NCBI GenBank assembly: GCA_973895155.1
Contig: OZ316896.1
Span: 23,021,722 to 23,085,721, forward strand
DNA length: 64,000 bases
Direction of reading: 5' to 3'
DNA from: Marsupella aquatica
Lineage: Eukaryota > Plantae > Marchantiophyta
The notes under the pieces were generated by a model. The model searched no databases. It was not told the origin of the DNA and saw nothing but the letters and a program-made list of their open reading frames with translations. Below, one piece after another: positions 62,501-64,000 of this stretch. Every line of letters starts with the position of its first letter. The first letter of the stretch is position 1. The position numbers and the translations under genes are program-made.

Positions 62501-64000
62501 AGTTTGAGGTTCTTGGACAGGTGAAGGCAAAGTCTCCTGTAAAGCCTGCTCCTCCCAAGGGCAAAGGGAAATCAAGAGCAAGAGCAAAACCTGTATCCCG
62601 AAAGTTGCACAAACTAGCAGGGGATATCAACTTCTTTCCATTCAGAGCACTTCAAGGTTTTGCAAATGAGGAGCAACAAAAGCGGTTATTGAGGAGGGTA
62701 ATATCCAAAACTATAAGTCTTGATCAGATGCACCGTGAAGGAGAGCTCTTGAAAAAGCTCTTCAAGATAAGAAATTTGTTTCTCCAAATATCCGGTCAGC
62801 CAGATTGGGCTACATGTTGATTCTTATTTCTTGAAGAAACTCAGGTTTCAGTTCTGACGACGTGGACGGAGAAGTTGAGCGACCAGGTAAAGGAGTTTTT
62901 CATTACTTATATTGTTTTATATAGCTTGAAAGAGAGGAGCAATACCTTATCTGCTTCTCCATTGAATTATTTGTTATTTTCTTTCATTGTGGGTTCTAGA
63001 GTGGAACCCAATACGGATGTTATTTTTTTTAGATTGAAAAAGGAGATACTGGTATCTACTTCTCCATTGTGGGGTCCTGATTGAATCCCACTACCGGTAT
63101 CATTTTTTGGAGTTTGAAAGAGAGTAGTGATACTGGTATCTGCTTCTCCATTGACTTTTGTGAAGCCTTGCAGCTCAAAGCATACTCCAAAAGGAAAGTG
63201 ATACCTGTGGAGTAGACCAAGGTTCAGCCGGCAAAGCAGATCGAACTCCCGGCTAAAGACATTCCACATTCTTTCCAGAATTTTGTACTTGGAGCGATTG
63301 AGAAATACAACCGGCAACAGAACATCGCATCTGTTGAGATTGTTTCAACAGATTACACCTGGAAGAACGCTGACGGGGATTCTTTCCCTTATTCATTGCA
63401 TCTTGGAGATGTTCATCGTTTGGAGGGGTTCTTGAAACCCCAAAATTATACTTTCGCTGTTGCTGATGTACCATATGGTTTTAATGCCCCCGGGTCTGAG
63501 TTTGATGAAGTTCCTTTTTCAGAACAGGATGTCGTCGAGATGGTCACCTCTTTTTCCAAGGTGACAACAGCAAAGATTTGGAGATTCGTTGTGATGCATT
63601 CTCTTCAACAAGCTAACATGGTGATGCATGCACTTGAAAAAGTTTGCAACTGTGGAGTGGAAGCTGGAATATTGCAAAAGACAAATATTCATCAACATCC
63701 ATCTGGCCCAAGATTAGCTTGGGCCTTTGAGAATTGGACCATTGGGTACTACTCGGAGGAAGGAATTTGAAAAAAAGATATGTACAATTTTGAGCCAATT
63801 CAACGGATTTGAGGGTTAACATCATCAGTATCCCTTGTGTCACAACAAAAGCCCTAACACCACTGGGGTTTATTGTTAACCCTTATCAGAAGCCAGTTGG
63901 AGTGTCTGATTGGTTTGTGAATTATTTTAGCAACAAGGGAGATTGGGTGGCAGACTTGTGCTGCGGGACAGGGGCAACTTTGGTCGCGGCCCTTTTGAAT
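59534..64000. mobile_element. Element B, duplicate copy, left part
   Basis: GGTT (59530-59533) followed by the TIR AACACAGTGACGGACCAAACGAGAAGTGTGAC. Confidence 0.93.
60642..64000 (+). pseudogene. ParB-DNA methyltransferase gene, duplicate copy (cut by window end)
   Basis: Same motifs. The ParB exon is open for 317 aa (61867-62820) because CGA at 62233 is intact where copy 1 has TGA. Confidence 0.88.

Larger units (their letters stand above)
41431..64000. repeat. Tandem segmental duplication, copy 2 (matches 6708-29261, cut by window end)
   Basis: Near-identical to copy 1 throughout. Confidence 0.97.

Overview
Eukaryotic nuclear DNA from a non-seed land plant, probably bryophyte-grade (inferred from a delta-6-type PUFA elongase and a signal-peptide-type polyphenol oxidase). 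Host genes: an ELO-family elongase (1440-2315), divinyl reductase DVR (3868-5181, minus), a 4-exon PPO (9694-12018) and a 5'-truncated aromatic-acid-exporter/FUSC-like ORF. From ~6707 the window is a very recent ~34.7-kb tandem duplication (copy 2 starts at 41431 and runs off the end). The duplicated unit holds three members of one cut-and-paste DNA transposon family with AACAC(A/T)GTGAC... terminal inverted repeats and 4-bp target-site duplications. Element B (24795-34843, complete, TSD GGTT) carries a Sola-like DDE transposase converging on a spliced gene for a ParB-like domain fused to a prokaryote-type beta-class N6A/N4C DNA methyltransferase. Element A (from 17772) is a diverged relative with an internal deletion. 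Element C (37496-38792, TSD CACC) is non-autonomous and carries an F-box-like remnant. A and B are each enriched in their own variant of a GATA-N4-TATC palindrome, and both transposase promoters have a CCAAT-N9-CCACG element. All element genes here are disrupted, mostly by C-to-T stop codons. Family assignments come from motif recognition by eye, not database searches.
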